Assembly (NCBI GenBank): GCA_041736175.1
Contig: JBGSUI010000069.1
Location: forward strand, 18,923-82,922
From: Oligoflexales bacterium
Lineage (GTDB): Bacteria > Bdellovibrionota_B > Oligoflexia > Oligoflexales > CAIYRB01
DNA: 64,000 nt
Direction of reading: 5' to 3'
The translations under genes and the position numbers were made by a program. Positions 30,123 to 39,720 of the stretch are shown here, piece after piece; position 1 is the stretch's first letter, and each line of letters starts with the position of its first letter. A model generated the notes under the pieces. It ran no database searches and was not told the DNA's origin. It saw only the letters and a program-made list of their open reading frames with translations.

Positions 30123-31697
30123 TCAAGGGCTCTTTTGGATCTTGGCTGCCATTTCCATCGCATTGAAGAGATTCAATCTACCACCTGTGCCAACCAACTG
30201 GCTGGCGGTACTCAATTGTTTATCCTTGGACTGACCAACTCCTGGTACTGACATGGTCCCCTCCATTTTCTCTGTTGATGCTAGCAAAATGCGTTTAAGG
30301 TCAGCCGCCTTAAGGTGGGGAAAATGACCCAAGAGAAAAGCCGCTGCACCAGACGTTATGGCTGTTGCATGACTTGTGCCACTTGAGGTTATATTGAATT
30401 CATAATTGAGGGGTTGGAGCGAAACAATATTCTCCCCTGGAGAAAGGATGTCGACTTTTTTGGTCCCGAAATTGGAAAAAGCAGAGATTCGAAGTTTGGA
30501 ATCTTTCTCGACTGATCGCCCATAACTACCTACTATGATCCAATTTGCAAAGGGTTCGTCCCTATCCGGAAATTGAGTAATGGTCTCTCTATTTTCACCT
30601 TTATTTCCAGCAGAGCTCACCACTAACACATCGTTTTTTCTTGCGTATTGGAGGGCTTCTCTGATTTTTTCGGGAAAAGGAGAGTATTTCTTTCCAAAAG
30701 ACATGTTGATTATTTTTGCTCCGTGATCGACAGCATAGCGGATGGCATGGTAGATATTTTCATCTCGCTCATCCCCAGACGTGGGGACCGCTGCCAATGG
30801 CATGATTAGGGCTGTGGAGCTGATCCCATTAATACCGGCCCCGTTTCCTCGGTTCGCGGCAATCAGGCTGCTCATAGCAGTCCCATGAAATTCCGCTTGC
30901 TCAACGGGGTTCACATCACGACTCCCCCAATTGACGCTGTTAAAATCAAGTTTCTTTCCAGAATAAAGATCACCTTCTACCGGCGAAATAGTTAAACTGC
31001 GATTAATCACATTCTTTGCAAATTCATTTTTTTCGATTTCACCGACTTCATCGGAGTTCATGGTACGCTCAATGTGATTGAGTACCTTATCGATCTCCGC
31101 AACCTCCAATTCATAGTCTTTTTTGATTATCTGCTGTGTTTCGGTCAAAGGACCATTTTTAGGTAATGCAGCATAGAGTCTGGTGATTTCGAGGGTATCA
31201 ATCCGACCTTTAAGTTCGAACTTCTTTGTTTCACCCTGGTATTGATAAGTCCTCGCTGGATCCGGAAAAAAGCTCCAACCGTTGCTTTGGTCCATGGTTC
31301 CTTTGGCGCTCGTTGTCATGGCGTATTTTCCATCAGACGCATCTGGATTGGTCCAAATTCTACCGTTAAAATCTGGGTGATCGATATCAATACCTGAGTC
31401 AATCACCGCAACAACCACTGGATTTTTAGGCTCTCCATAGTTCAAAAGGGCTTTATCAAGATCGATTCCGTTTGCTCCGAGATGCCACTGATCACCAGGA
31501 CCTTTGACGGCTGATTTTATCGATTCGATTTGGTGGCGTGTTAAATACTCCAACAGAATATCCGTGGATTCGCTACCTGATACCAAAGACTCTGTAATTT
31601 TTTGCTTACAAGATGTCACCCACCCAAGGGTTATCAGCAAAAAACTAAACTTGATATTTCGTATAATCAAACGAAAATAAGTAGGCTTGAAAACCAT
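30123..31697 (-). CDS. S8 subtilisin-family serine protease, lipoprotein
   Basis: Lipobox VTSC; catalytic VIDSG, FHGT, SAGN, SGTSHA. Confidence 0.93.
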   Translation of the reverse strand: MVFKPTYFRLIIRNIKFSFLLITLGWVTSCKQKITESLVSGSESTDILLEYLTRHQIESIKSAVKGPGDQWHLGANGIDLDKALLNYGEPKNPVVVAVIDSGIDIDHPDFNGRIWTNPDASDGKYAMTTSAKGTMDQSNGWSFFPDPARTYQYQGETKKFELKGRIDTLEITRLYAALPKNGPLTETQQIIKKDYELEVAEIDKVLNHIERTMNSDEVGEIEKNEFAKNVINRSLTISPVEGDLYSGKKLDFNSVNWGSRDVNPVEQAEFHGTAMSSLIAANRGNGAGINGISSTALIMPLAAVPTSGDERDENIYHAIRYAVDHGAKIINMSFGKKYSPFPEKIREALQYARKNDVLVVSSAGNKGENRETITQFPDRDEPFANWIIVGSYGRSVEKDSKLRISAFSNFGTKKVDILSPGENIVSLQPLNYEFNITSSGTSHATAITSGAAAFLLGHFPHLKAADLKRILLASTEKMEGTMSVPGVGQSKDKQLSTASQLVGTGGRLNLFNAMEMAAKIQKSP

Positions 31698-31780
31698 ATT
31701 GATTCCTTATTTAAAAGCATCTAAGGGCTGAATGTGCCAATAATCTAGACTTATAACAATTTTTAGAATAGAGTTATTGC

Positions 31781-31796
31781 AGCAAAAAATGTTCCA
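31781..31796 (-). promoter_or_regulatory. Sigma-54 (-24/-12) promoter
   Basis: TGGAACATTTTTTGCT on the minus strand (GG-N10-GC), about 85 bp upstream of the S8 protease ATG. Confidence 0.6.
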
Positions 31797-31993
31797 ACCA
31801 TCGATCCAAAAAAATCGCTACCAATTTGGCAAAGTTAAATCCCTGAACCTCGGGATCACGGTGTCATTGGCCTAGCTTACTGCAAAATATTTAGGCAGTT
31901 TCGCTCCGAAAAACCTATGCCATCTGCGATAAAGTCCGGAAAGTTGCCGAAGGGCATTAAACCCCACACCTTTCCGAACCTTTTTAAGGAGAT

Positions 31994-32833
31994 CTAGATT
32001 TTTTGGGCGGTCTCGCGGACCCAAGGTGCGTACTGTGACAAATTAGAGTAGATTCCAGTCGCTGCACACACTCCTGGACCGCCCACAGTCGAACCAATCA
32101 CGAGCAACTCACCATTTTTTTGTAGATACATTGGTCCCCCGCTATCTCCTTGGCATCCTCCAGAGACCCCGTCGTCAGATTTAAATTGGATTAAACCAAA
32201 CAGGTCCTGTGTGACTCTCCCTTCGAGAGGGGGTTCGGGGTAAATTTGGGAAATCCGCGTCTCGACCTGGTAGAGCAACCCTGGATTGGAGTAAGGAGCC
32301 TTACTTCCCTTAGGGATAATACGTCCGTATCCTGCTAAGATCACTGGGTCACCTGCAGAAAAATCTGTCGGTAGCCCCATTGCCACAGGTTGCATAAAGG
32401 CTGGAGCGTTGCGGTCGAGGCGTATCAGAGCAATGTCATAGGTCAACATAGGACTCGATGGGCTACTGAAGTTTTCATGGGCGTAGGCCGTGCCACGAAT
32501 CACTGTTGATCGATCGACTTGACCTAGGCCAAAACTGACGAAAACCCTCGGACTAACACAATGGGCCGCTGTGAGTACTAGATCCTGTTCGATAAGCGTC
32601 CCTGAACAATAGGGAGTCCATCCCCCTTGAGGCAATGGTTGGACTAAACCAACAGTGCTCCAGGCAACAGGGTCGCTCGGCAACACTGCATCGCCGTTTG
32701 CGATTTTTGGTGTCGATTCTTGAGCAGAGGGACTTGTCTCCCCACATGAAATGATCGCTCCAGATCCGAGGAGGATGGATAAAAACAGGCCACGTCTAAC
32801 GTCACGTCCCTTAAGGGTCGTATGTTTTTTCAT
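31994..32833 (-). CDS. S1 trypsin-like serine protease, lipoprotein
   Basis: Lipobox IISC; CSGTLI, LTAAHC, DIALI, GDSGGP. Confidence 0.95.
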   Translation of the reverse strand: MKKHTTLKGRDVRRGLFLSILLGSGAIISCGETSPSAQESTPKIANGDAVLPSDPVAWSTVGLVQPLPQGGWTPYCSGTLIEQDLVLTAAHCVSPRVFVSFGLGQVDRSTVIRGTAYAHENFSSPSSPMLTYDIALIRLDRNAPAFMQPVAMGLPTDFSAGDPVILAGYGRIIPKGSKAPYSNPGLLYQVETRISQIYPEPPLEGRVTQDLFGLIQFKSDDGVSGGCQGDSGGPMYLQKNGELLVIGSTVGGPGVCAATGIYSNLSQYAPWVRETAQKI

Positions 32834-32884
32834 TGGTATCCTCTTTGGTAATTTTAGTCGAGAAATTTTGCTAAAAGATTGATA

Positions 32885-33904
32885 TTAATTTTCTAGATTG
32901 ACCAAAGCTTTGCCGGTGTTTTCCCCTAAAAACAAGCCGCGAAAGGCCGATACGGCTTGGTCGATTCCATAAAACATAGTGGTCCGATCTTTGATCAAAC
33001 CCTCACGAAGCCAGCCACTCATGTCCCTAACAAATTCGTCGTGGAGCTCTGAATGATCCGAGACGATAAATCCGCTGACAGTCAGTCGCTTTGCTACGAT
33101 TTGCATAAGATTAGCTGGTCCCGCGACCGACTTTGTTGCGTTGTATTGGGAAATGGCGCCGCAAGCAGCGATATGACCAAAGTCTTTCATAAAGTCCAAG
33201 GCTGCTTCCAGGTGATCTCCGCCAATATTGTCGAAGTAAACATCAAACCCCTCACCGGCGACTTTGGCAAGCTGGTCCCTGATGGGAGCTTTTTTGTAGT
33301 TGATGACTTGGTCAAAGCCGAGCTCGTCTTTTAAATAGCTGGCTTTTTCGTCCGAACCGCAGGACCCGACGACATAACAACCCTTAATCTTGGCTATTTG
33401 CCCCACAAGCATACCTACTGCTCCTGCAGCTCCAGAAACAAAAACCCTTTGATTAGATTTTAGGTTTGCGATTTTGAGGAGGCCTACATAGGCTGTCATT
33501 CCTGGCATCCCGAGGGTTCCTAGCCAAATCTCTGGGGTCAATCCAGAGATTTCCGGAAGTTTTTTGAGATCGCTTCGGTCGTTGGCGGCGACAAAATAGT
33601 TGCGCCAACCGGAAAAATGGTTCACCAGGCTCCCCACAGGCAAATCGGCCCGTTGGCTGGCGATGACTCGGCCCACAGCGCCCCCCGTTAGGGCTTCTCC
33701 TAATGGAAATGGATCCACATAGCTGCGACGTCCCGTCATACGTCCGCGCATGTAGGGATCAACCGACATAAATAGATTTTTAATGAGGACTTCTCCAGGA
33801 TTTAAGGCATCCGAAACTTTTGTATCAAGGATTTGGAAATCCTGATCTTGGGGAATCCCTTGAGGGTAGCTTTTTAAGATGACTTCTTTGTTTAGATATT
33901 CCAT
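32885..33904 (-). CDS. NADP-dependent oxidoreductase (MDR; prostaglandin reductase/CurA-like)
   Basis: SVDPYMRGRM, LGMPGMTAY, SGAAGAVG, YFDNIGG, CGAISQYN, GENTGK. Confidence 0.93.
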   Translation of the reverse strand: MEYLNKEVILKSYPQGIPQDQDFQILDTKVSDALNPGEVLIKNLFMSVDPYMRGRMTGRRSYVDPFPLGEALTGGAVGRVIASQRADLPVGSLVNHFSGWRNYFVAANDRSDLKKLPEISGLTPEIWLGTLGMPGMTAYVGLLKIANLKSNQRVFVSGAAGAVGMLVGQIAKIKGCYVVGSCGSDEKASYLKDELGFDQVINYKKAPIRDQLAKVAGEGFDVYFDNIGGDHLEAALDFMKDFGHIAACGAISQYNATKSVAGPANLMQIVAKRLTVSGFIVSDHSELHDEFVRDMSGWLREGLIKDRTTMFYGIDQAVSAFRGLFLGENTGKALVNLEN

Positions 33905-33978
33905 GGGTTTCTGCCTTTGCTTGAGCTGTGACTCGACGGAGCGTGGCTTAAGGCTTTAAGCTGCCCCGTTCCATGTAT

Positions 33979-34005
33979 ATTGCATACAAATAATATGTAT
34001 GCAAT
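33979..34005. promoter_or_regulatory. Perfect palindromic operator upstream of the oxidoreductase
   Basis: ATTGCATACA-N7-TGTATGCAAT. Confidence 0.65.
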
Positions 34006-34088
34006 GCAAATTCGCACCAATTATATATATCAAGTAAATACAGATAGTTATAATGATGTTCCTGGCCGAACCAATAAGGGGATCTTTT

Positions 34089-34745
34089 TCAGGATGTGAG
34101 TTTAGATGCTTTGACCAGGAGCTGTCCCCCAAGATCCCATTGCAGCATCGGGGGCAGAAAGCTTAAGGATTGAAGGGGTGCCTTCAGGGTTTGGACTTTA
34201 AATTGGGTCCGAGCGAGGAGAAAGGCCAAGCTATATTTAGAAAACAGAATGCGGTGTTGAGGATCATGGGCTCCTGACCACCCTTTTGGATTTCTAAACC
34301 GTTCAAGAGATTGGATGTTTGGAGTTGTCATGTAAAGCTGACCCTCTGGAGCTAACAACTGATGACACTGCTCTAGAAAGAGAACCGGACTTTTGAGGTG
34401 TTCAATGATGTCGAACGCAAAGATAAGGTCGAACCTCGAGTGCTTAAGCTCGCCAGGCCACTGAGTGCCGTCGAGGTCGACCTGATAAAACTCCCAAAGG
34501 GAGTTGGCATGCACATCGGGAGGTGGAACCATATCGACACCTGCAGCGTTGCGGGCTCCTTGCCTGGCTGCAAGTTGGGGGAAGTAGCCGGAGCCACAAC
34601 CAAGGTCCAGTAGACGGACCCCTGTGAACCCCTGAAAATCTAGAGTGCGAAGCCACTGTTCATGGACAATATCTGAGGGGCGCGGCTTGATAGGTTCGGG
34701 CGATCTAATGTTAGGGATGGAATTTTGTAGCAAAGGATACTCCAT
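34089..34745 (-). CDS. Class I SAM-dependent methyltransferase
   Basis: LLDLGCGSG, FDLIFAFDIIEHL, TTPN. Start uncertain; ATG 34745 preferred over 34895. Confidence 0.88.
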   Translation of the reverse strand: MEYPLLQNSIPNIRSPEPIKPRPSDIVHEQWLRTLDFQGFTGVRLLDLGCGSGYFPQLAARQGARNAAGVDMVPPPDVHANSLWEFYQVDLDGTQWPGELKHSRFDLIFAFDIIEHLKSPVLFLEQCHQLLAPEGQLYMTTPNIQSLERFRNPKGWSGAHDPQHRILFSKYSLAFLLARTQFKVQTLKAPLQSLSFLPPMLQWDLGGQLLVKASKLTS

Positions 34746-34936
34746 AGGGGATCGGATTAAAATGGATCTGGTTTTCGTAAAAACCCGTAGACTCATGCCC
34801 AAGAAGCATTTATCATCCAGAGTTTTCTGGGTTTTACCGTTTATCATGGGCATAATTCCGCAGGTGAACATTAGACGCAACAAGAAAACGCGCATTGGGT
34901 AAGCCCATCGCCCAATGTTTGAAAGGTTAATATCTC

Positions 34937-36328
34937 GTGTCGACTCAAGCTTCGCTTACGATCGCTCTCCATGCCGATCATTTAGTCACGATGGATAGCC
35001 AGCGTCGGGAAATACCTGATGGTGGTCTTGTGACCAAAGACGGTGTTATTCGTTGGGTTGGCCCAAGTTCAGACCTACCTGTGATCTATCGTCAGGCAAT
35101 CGACGAGGGTCAGGCTGTCGTTTTACCCTGCCAGGGCTCGATCGTAACTCCTGGGCTCATAAACACTCATCACCATATGTATCAAACGTTAACCCGAGCC
35201 TTGCCTGAAGCGCAAAACGCAGAGTTATTTGGTTGGTTGCAATCTCTCTATCCAATTTGGGCCGGACTCACCCCTGAAATGCTGCGGGCATCATCCCTTA
35301 CGGCCATGGCTGAATTAATGCTCTCAGGATGCACGACGTCTAGTGATCACCATTATATCTTTCCTAATGGCTGTCGTTTAGACGATTCCATCGATGCCGC
35401 CCTAACCATTGGGATGCGGTTCCATGCATCCCGGGGTAGCATGAGCGTTGGGCGAAGCCAAGGGGGGCTACCTCCGGATAGCGTCGTTGAAAACGAAGAT
35501 GAAATCCTTAAAGATACCCAACGGCTTATTGAGCGTTACCATGATTCTGATGTTTACGCCATGCTGCGCATTGTCGTAGCTCCATGTTCGCCGTTCTCCG
35601 TTTCCCAAAATCTTATGCGGGAATCCTCGCGTTTGGCCCGCCATTTCAGGGTCTCCATGCATACTCATCTCGCCGAAAGTGAAAATGATATCCACTATTC
35701 TCGCGAAAAATTCGCCATGACACCTGCCCAATATGCAGAGAATCTGGGGTGGGTTGGGCCAGATGTTTGGCATGCCCACTGTGTAAAACTTGACCAGGAA
35801 GGAATGCAACTTTTTGCCCGCACCGGAACGGGAGTCGCCCACTGCCCTAGTTCAAACATGCGGCTGGCTTCAGGTATTGCTCCCATCCAAAAAATGCGGC
35901 AGCACGGAGTCGCTGTTGGTCTTGGTGTCGATGGGAGTGCCTCCAACGACAGTTCGCACATGCTGGCCGAAGTTCGTCAAGCAATGCTCTTGCAACGGGT
36001 TGGCTACGGTCCCTCAGCCATGAGCGCTAGAGAAGCCCTAGAACTCGCGACTCTTGGAGGTGCTAAAGTCCTCGGGCGCGATGATATCGGAGCCTTAGAG
36101 GTTGGCAAAGCCGCAGATTTTGTTGCTTTTGATGTACAAGGACTCGGCCACGCTGGTGCAGAGCTTGACCCGGTGGGAGCGTTGGTTTTTTGCACCCCCG
36201 CACCAGCAAAAACAGTCGTCATCAACGGCAAAGTCGTCGTTCAAGATGGAGTTTTGACTCGATTGGACGTCGGCAAGCATGCAGCCCTGCACCGCCGCCT
36301 TGCGCGCCAACTGGTGCAAAAGATCTAA
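34937..36328 (+). CDS. 8-oxoguanine deaminase-like amidohydrolase
   Basis: PGLINTHHHMYQTLTRA, SGCTTSSDHHY, APCSPFSVS, HTHLAE, WHAHCV, HCPSSNMRLASG, GLGVDGSASND. Confidence 0.9.
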   Translation: MSTQASLTIALHADHLVTMDSQRREIPDGGLVTKDGVIRWVGPSSDLPVIYRQAIDEGQAVVLPCQGSIVTPGLINTHHHMYQTLTRALPEAQNAELFGWLQSLYPIWAGLTPEMLRASSLTAMAELMLSGCTTSSDHHYIFPNGCRLDDSIDAALTIGMRFHASRGSMSVGRSQGGLPPDSVVENEDEILKDTQRLIERYHDSDVYAMLRIVVAPCSPFSVSQNLMRESSRLARHFRVSMHTHLAESENDIHYSREKFAMTPAQYAENLGWVGPDVWHAHCVKLDQEGMQLFARTGTGVAHCPSSNMRLASGIAPIQKMRQHGVAVGLGVDGSASNDSSHMLAEVRQAMLLQRVGYGPSAMSAREALELATLGGAKVLGRDDIGALEVGKAADFVAFDVQGLGHAGAELDPVGALVFCTPAPAKTVVINGKVVVQDGVLTRLDVGKHAALHRRLARQLVQKI

Positions 36329-36371
36329 GCGTGCAAAGCTTAACACTCTAAAAAAGGCAAAAATCCTTGTT

Positions 36372-36896
36372 TTAATCTCTAACGAGTCCAGGTGTTGTCA
36401 GGATGACCTCTTTGACCGCGGCATAATACTGCTGATATCCAGTGCAGCGGCAAATATGATCCCCAAGTCCTGCCAATATGGCCTCATCGATACCGCTAGC
36501 AGAAATGGGATTTTTTTGCAGCTTATCAAGGATGACATAGGCTCCCATCAAAAATCCCGATGTTGAGTACCCGCATTGAAAGGCAAAGTTTTTTAAGAAG
36601 GAGTCTTGCAATGGATGCAGTTTTGTTCCATCGGCTAGACTTTCTGTTGTTTTAATCGAGGCTCCATCCAGGCTGCTGACTGGGGTAATGCAGGCACGGG
36701 TTGCTTCATAGCTTTTTTCTCCCGCCCTTTTCACCGCGACGGTGCAGGCACGGCAGACACCGATTCCGCAGCAGACTCGGGTCGCTGTAAGGCCTTTGAT
36801 TTCATGGAGGTAGTCGGCAAGCATCATCGATAGGTATGCTGTTTCAGAGATTTTAGTGTTGTTGAGTTGAAATGTAACCTTTGTTTGGTCGCTCAT
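36372..36896 (-). CDS. (2Fe-2S)-binding subunit of a xanthine dehydrogenase family enzyme
   Basis: CCGIGVCRAC, RACIT, FQCGYS, HICRCTGY; overlaps the large subunit by 4 bp. Confidence 0.9.
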   Translation of the reverse strand: MSDQTKVTFQLNNTKISETAYLSMMLADYLHEIKGLTATRVCCGIGVCRACTVAVKRAGEKSYEATRACITPVSSLDGASIKTTESLADGTKLHPLQDSFLKNFAFQCGYSTSGFLMGAYVILDKLQKNPISASGIDEAILAGLGDHICRCTGYQQYYAAVKEVILTTPGLVRD

Positions 36897-39658
36897 CCTA
36901 AAGCTCCTTTCACTTTATCGGGACTGATGGGAAGCTCTCGAAACCTTTTACCTGTAGCATGGGCTATAGCATTGGCAATAGCAGGTGCGACCGCGCATTC
37001 GACCACCTCTGACATACCCTTAGGCGGATCATTAGGAATAGGTTCTATCACATGGAGCTTAAAGCGATTTATTGGTATGTCTCCCATAAGGGGTACACGA
37101 TATCGTCCAAAATTCCAACCTCCCTCACCTGGACCACCCTTCGTTAAAGGTAGATTTTCGAATAGGGTTTGGCCTATTCCCATGGCGAGTGCACCTTGGG
37201 CTTGGCCCTCCACGATTTCAAGCTGACCCATTTGACCTACGTCGATATAACCTTCTGCTGCGTCGACTCTTACCACTCCGGTTTCTTTATTGACCGCCAC
37301 GCCGACTAAGAGTCCATAGGGCGTGAACATATCAACACCAAACAGATTATTTTTAAATGGAGGCATTTGAACAGTTATCCGATCGAGCAGGGTATAGCTC
37401 GAGTGGTGTGCAAGACGAAGTGCTAATGCATCAATGGGGAGTGTTTCTATGGCGTTACCAATCCTGAACGAGGCCTCTGCCCACTGGGAGCGATAATAGG
37501 CGTGGACCATAGCACCAGACACCATTTTCTGTTTATATAAATTTTCAACAAGAGCCTGCCAGCCAATTCTACGCTCAGAATCAATCCATATTTCGCCTTG
37601 TTTCCACTTTATGCGTTTTATATCAAATGTACGATTGCCGATATTTGCTAGGTTACAGGCCGCAGGCCAAACACCATGACGAAGGACGAGGGTAGCTGCT
37701 TGGCGAACAGCATGACGCATTTGGTAGGCACCCGCACTTGCTGCCTGAGACATAGAAAGATAGGGGACCCAGCGGGGATTTTTGGCTTTGGAATCTTCAG
37801 CGGCCTGGCTAGATTCGAAAGACGACGTCAGCCGCAAGGACTCAAAGTCCTCAGTGACTCCCATCAAGATTCGATCTGCATTGCGACCAAAAAGGTCTGC
37901 AACGGCCAGTGATAGGGTGGTCGCAACCCCATTGCCCATATCGATCCCATTGCTTTTCACGAGGACACGGCCATCTGCAGCTATTTCGACAGCTGCAAGA
38001 CAGGCATCCAGATTGGTTCCATAACTTTTCAGCGCCAAGGCAAAACCAACACCATACATATTTTTTGAGTCCGACTTGGTTTTTTTGGATAACTCCCGTT
38101 CCACCCAAAATTTGGATGTTTGGGCAGCGCGGAGTACCTTCTCGCTTTGGATAACATAGGTCGGCTTGCCTCCCATGGTGGTATTTTGGAAGTTATTGAG
38201 CAGGTTTATAAGTCGTAGCTCAATCGGATCTAGCTTAAGCTTATATGCGGCTTGGTCTACTAAACTCTCCAAAGCAAACATGGCCTGGAGCGTGCCAAAG
38301 CCGCGCATAGACCCTGCTGTTACGGCGATTGACGAGAGGGCTTGGGACTGGATATCAACCCTCGGAATGTAGTAGGCAGCGGTGGCATTTTGGGCAGCAA
38401 CTGCCTGCACCGCAAAACTAAAGTTGTTTTGCCCTCCACCGTCCAGTTGAATATCTGTCTTTAATGCCTGGATCATACCATCGTTGTCGACCGCTATCTT
38501 TTCCTGAATCCGAGCTGGGTGACGCTTGATACCCGCCTGAAACTGTTCAAATCGATTGTAAACGATCCGAATGGGTTTACCATCCCCATAGACTGCTGCG
38601 ATAGCAAGATAGAGAGGGAAATCAGAATGATCTCGTCCGCCAAAACCCCCTCCCGGATAACAAGCGTTTAACTTGACCGTTTGGACACGAAAAGAGCTGG
38701 TTTTATCTGCAAAAATCGTGGCACAGGCATCAGCATCTTCGTAGGGCGACTGGGTGCCAAGAGTGAGATGCAGCGTGTTTTTCTTTTTTTCGAACCAGGC
38801 TATGCCACTTTCACTTTCCATAAAGCATGGGTCGACCGATTGGGTTACGTAAGATTCACTGAAGATATGCCAACCTTGATTCTGCATTTCCTGTTCAATA
38901 AGGTTGCCGTAGTAAACACAACGAGCATTGGTAGACCCTTTTGGATCGGGAGCCTCCCATGGTGGGGAACTCATGCCATCTTGGGCTACTGAAAAGAGGT
39001 CTTTAGTAGGAGATTCTCGGTAGCGCGTCAATCGAGTCATTCCGTAGGAGGTTGGTTGACCTAGACTCGCTGTTGATCCCAATTGAACATAAGAACTAAG
39101 ATCAAAAAATTTTGGTTCGATTGCAAGTAAAGCCAAGTAATCTTTGTTTCTGATAAAAGCGAGAGCCACAGGCTGTCCCAAATAATCAGGACGCCCGCCA
39201 GGAACCGCCATCATGATGCGGCCAAAATAAAACGGGATCTTAAGATGGTCTCGCACAAAATCCTGATGAGTGACAACTTTGAATACCTTAAGATCCTTTT
39301 CTAGTTTTGCGACATCAACCCCTAAAAAAATCCGATCTGCCGCATGGGCCCGCAGGACTAAAACACGGACTTCATCAGTCGGCCATCCCTGCATATCTGC
39401 CGCATGAAAATCTCTGCCATATATCTTGCGACCGGAGACTTTGGCTAGACCATCGTAGCGATGTCGTGCCTTGCCTGGACCAGCACTCCATGCCGGTCCG
39501 GGATCTAAAATCTGATTTTTTTTATCATAGTCGGTTTGCTCCTTGGCTTCAGCATCGCCCTGGGCCAAGTACTTGACCATCAAGGTTGCTGAAGCTAGCC
39601 CCGAACTGATGCCAATAAAGGTCCGACGGTTCTGTTTGTAGGCGTCCATCAGGTTCAT
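36893..39658 (-). CDS. Xanthine dehydrogenase family molybdopterin-binding subunit, Tat signal
   Basis: NRRTFI twin-arginine; GTQSP, GGGFGGRD, KRHP, SMRGFGTLQ, IDMGNG, GQAQG, KGMSE. Confidence 0.9.
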   Translation of the reverse strand: MNLMDAYKQNRRTFIGISSGLASATLMVKYLAQGDAEAKEQTDYDKKNQILDPGPAWSAGPGKARHRYDGLAKVSGRKIYGRDFHAADMQGWPTDEVRVLVLRAHAADRIFLGVDVAKLEKDLKVFKVVTHQDFVRDHLKIPFYFGRIMMAVPGGRPDYLGQPVALAFIRNKDYLALLAIEPKFFDLSSYVQLGSTASLGQPTSYGMTRLTRYRESPTKDLFSVAQDGMSSPPWEAPDPKGSTNARCVYYGNLIEQEMQNQGWHIFSESYVTQSVDPCFMESESGIAWFEKKKNTLHLTLGTQSPYEDADACATIFADKTSSFRVQTVKLNACYPGGGFGGRDHSDFPLYLAIAAVYGDGKPIRIVYNRFEQFQAGIKRHPARIQEKIAVDNDGMIQALKTDIQLDGGGQNNFSFAVQAVAAQNATAAYYIPRVDIQSQALSSIAVTAGSMRGFGTLQAMFALESLVDQAAYKLKLDPIELRLINLLNNFQNTTMGGKPTYVIQSEKVLRAAQTSKFWVERELSKKTKSDSKNMYGVGFALALKSYGTNLDACLAAVEIAADGRVLVKSNGIDMGNGVATTLSLAVADLFGRNADRILMGVTEDFESLRLTSSFESSQAAEDSKAKNPRWVPYLSMSQAASAGAYQMRHAVRQAATLVLRHGVWPAACNLANIGNRTFDIKRIKWKQGEIWIDSERRIGWQALVENLYKQKMVSGAMVHAYYRSQWAEASFRIGNAIETLPIDALALRLAHHSSYTLLDRITVQMPPFKNNLFGVDMFTPYGLLVGVAVNKETGVVRVDAAEGYIDVGQMGQLEIVEGQAQGALAMGIGQTLFENLPLTKGGPGEGGWNFGRYRVPLMGDIPINRFKLHVIEPIPNDPPKGMSEVVECAVAPAIANAIAHATGKRFRELPISPDKVKGALG

Positions 39659-39720
39659 TTTAATCCCTTTTTAAAAATCACATCTTGCGTTTGTTCACCG
39701 GGGCAAGAAATAATTTACTC

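Noticed and set aside
28771-30251. Plus-strand ORFs of 163 and 128 aa
   Set aside because: Antisense or overlapping to well-supported SEC-C and S8 genes, with no motifs.
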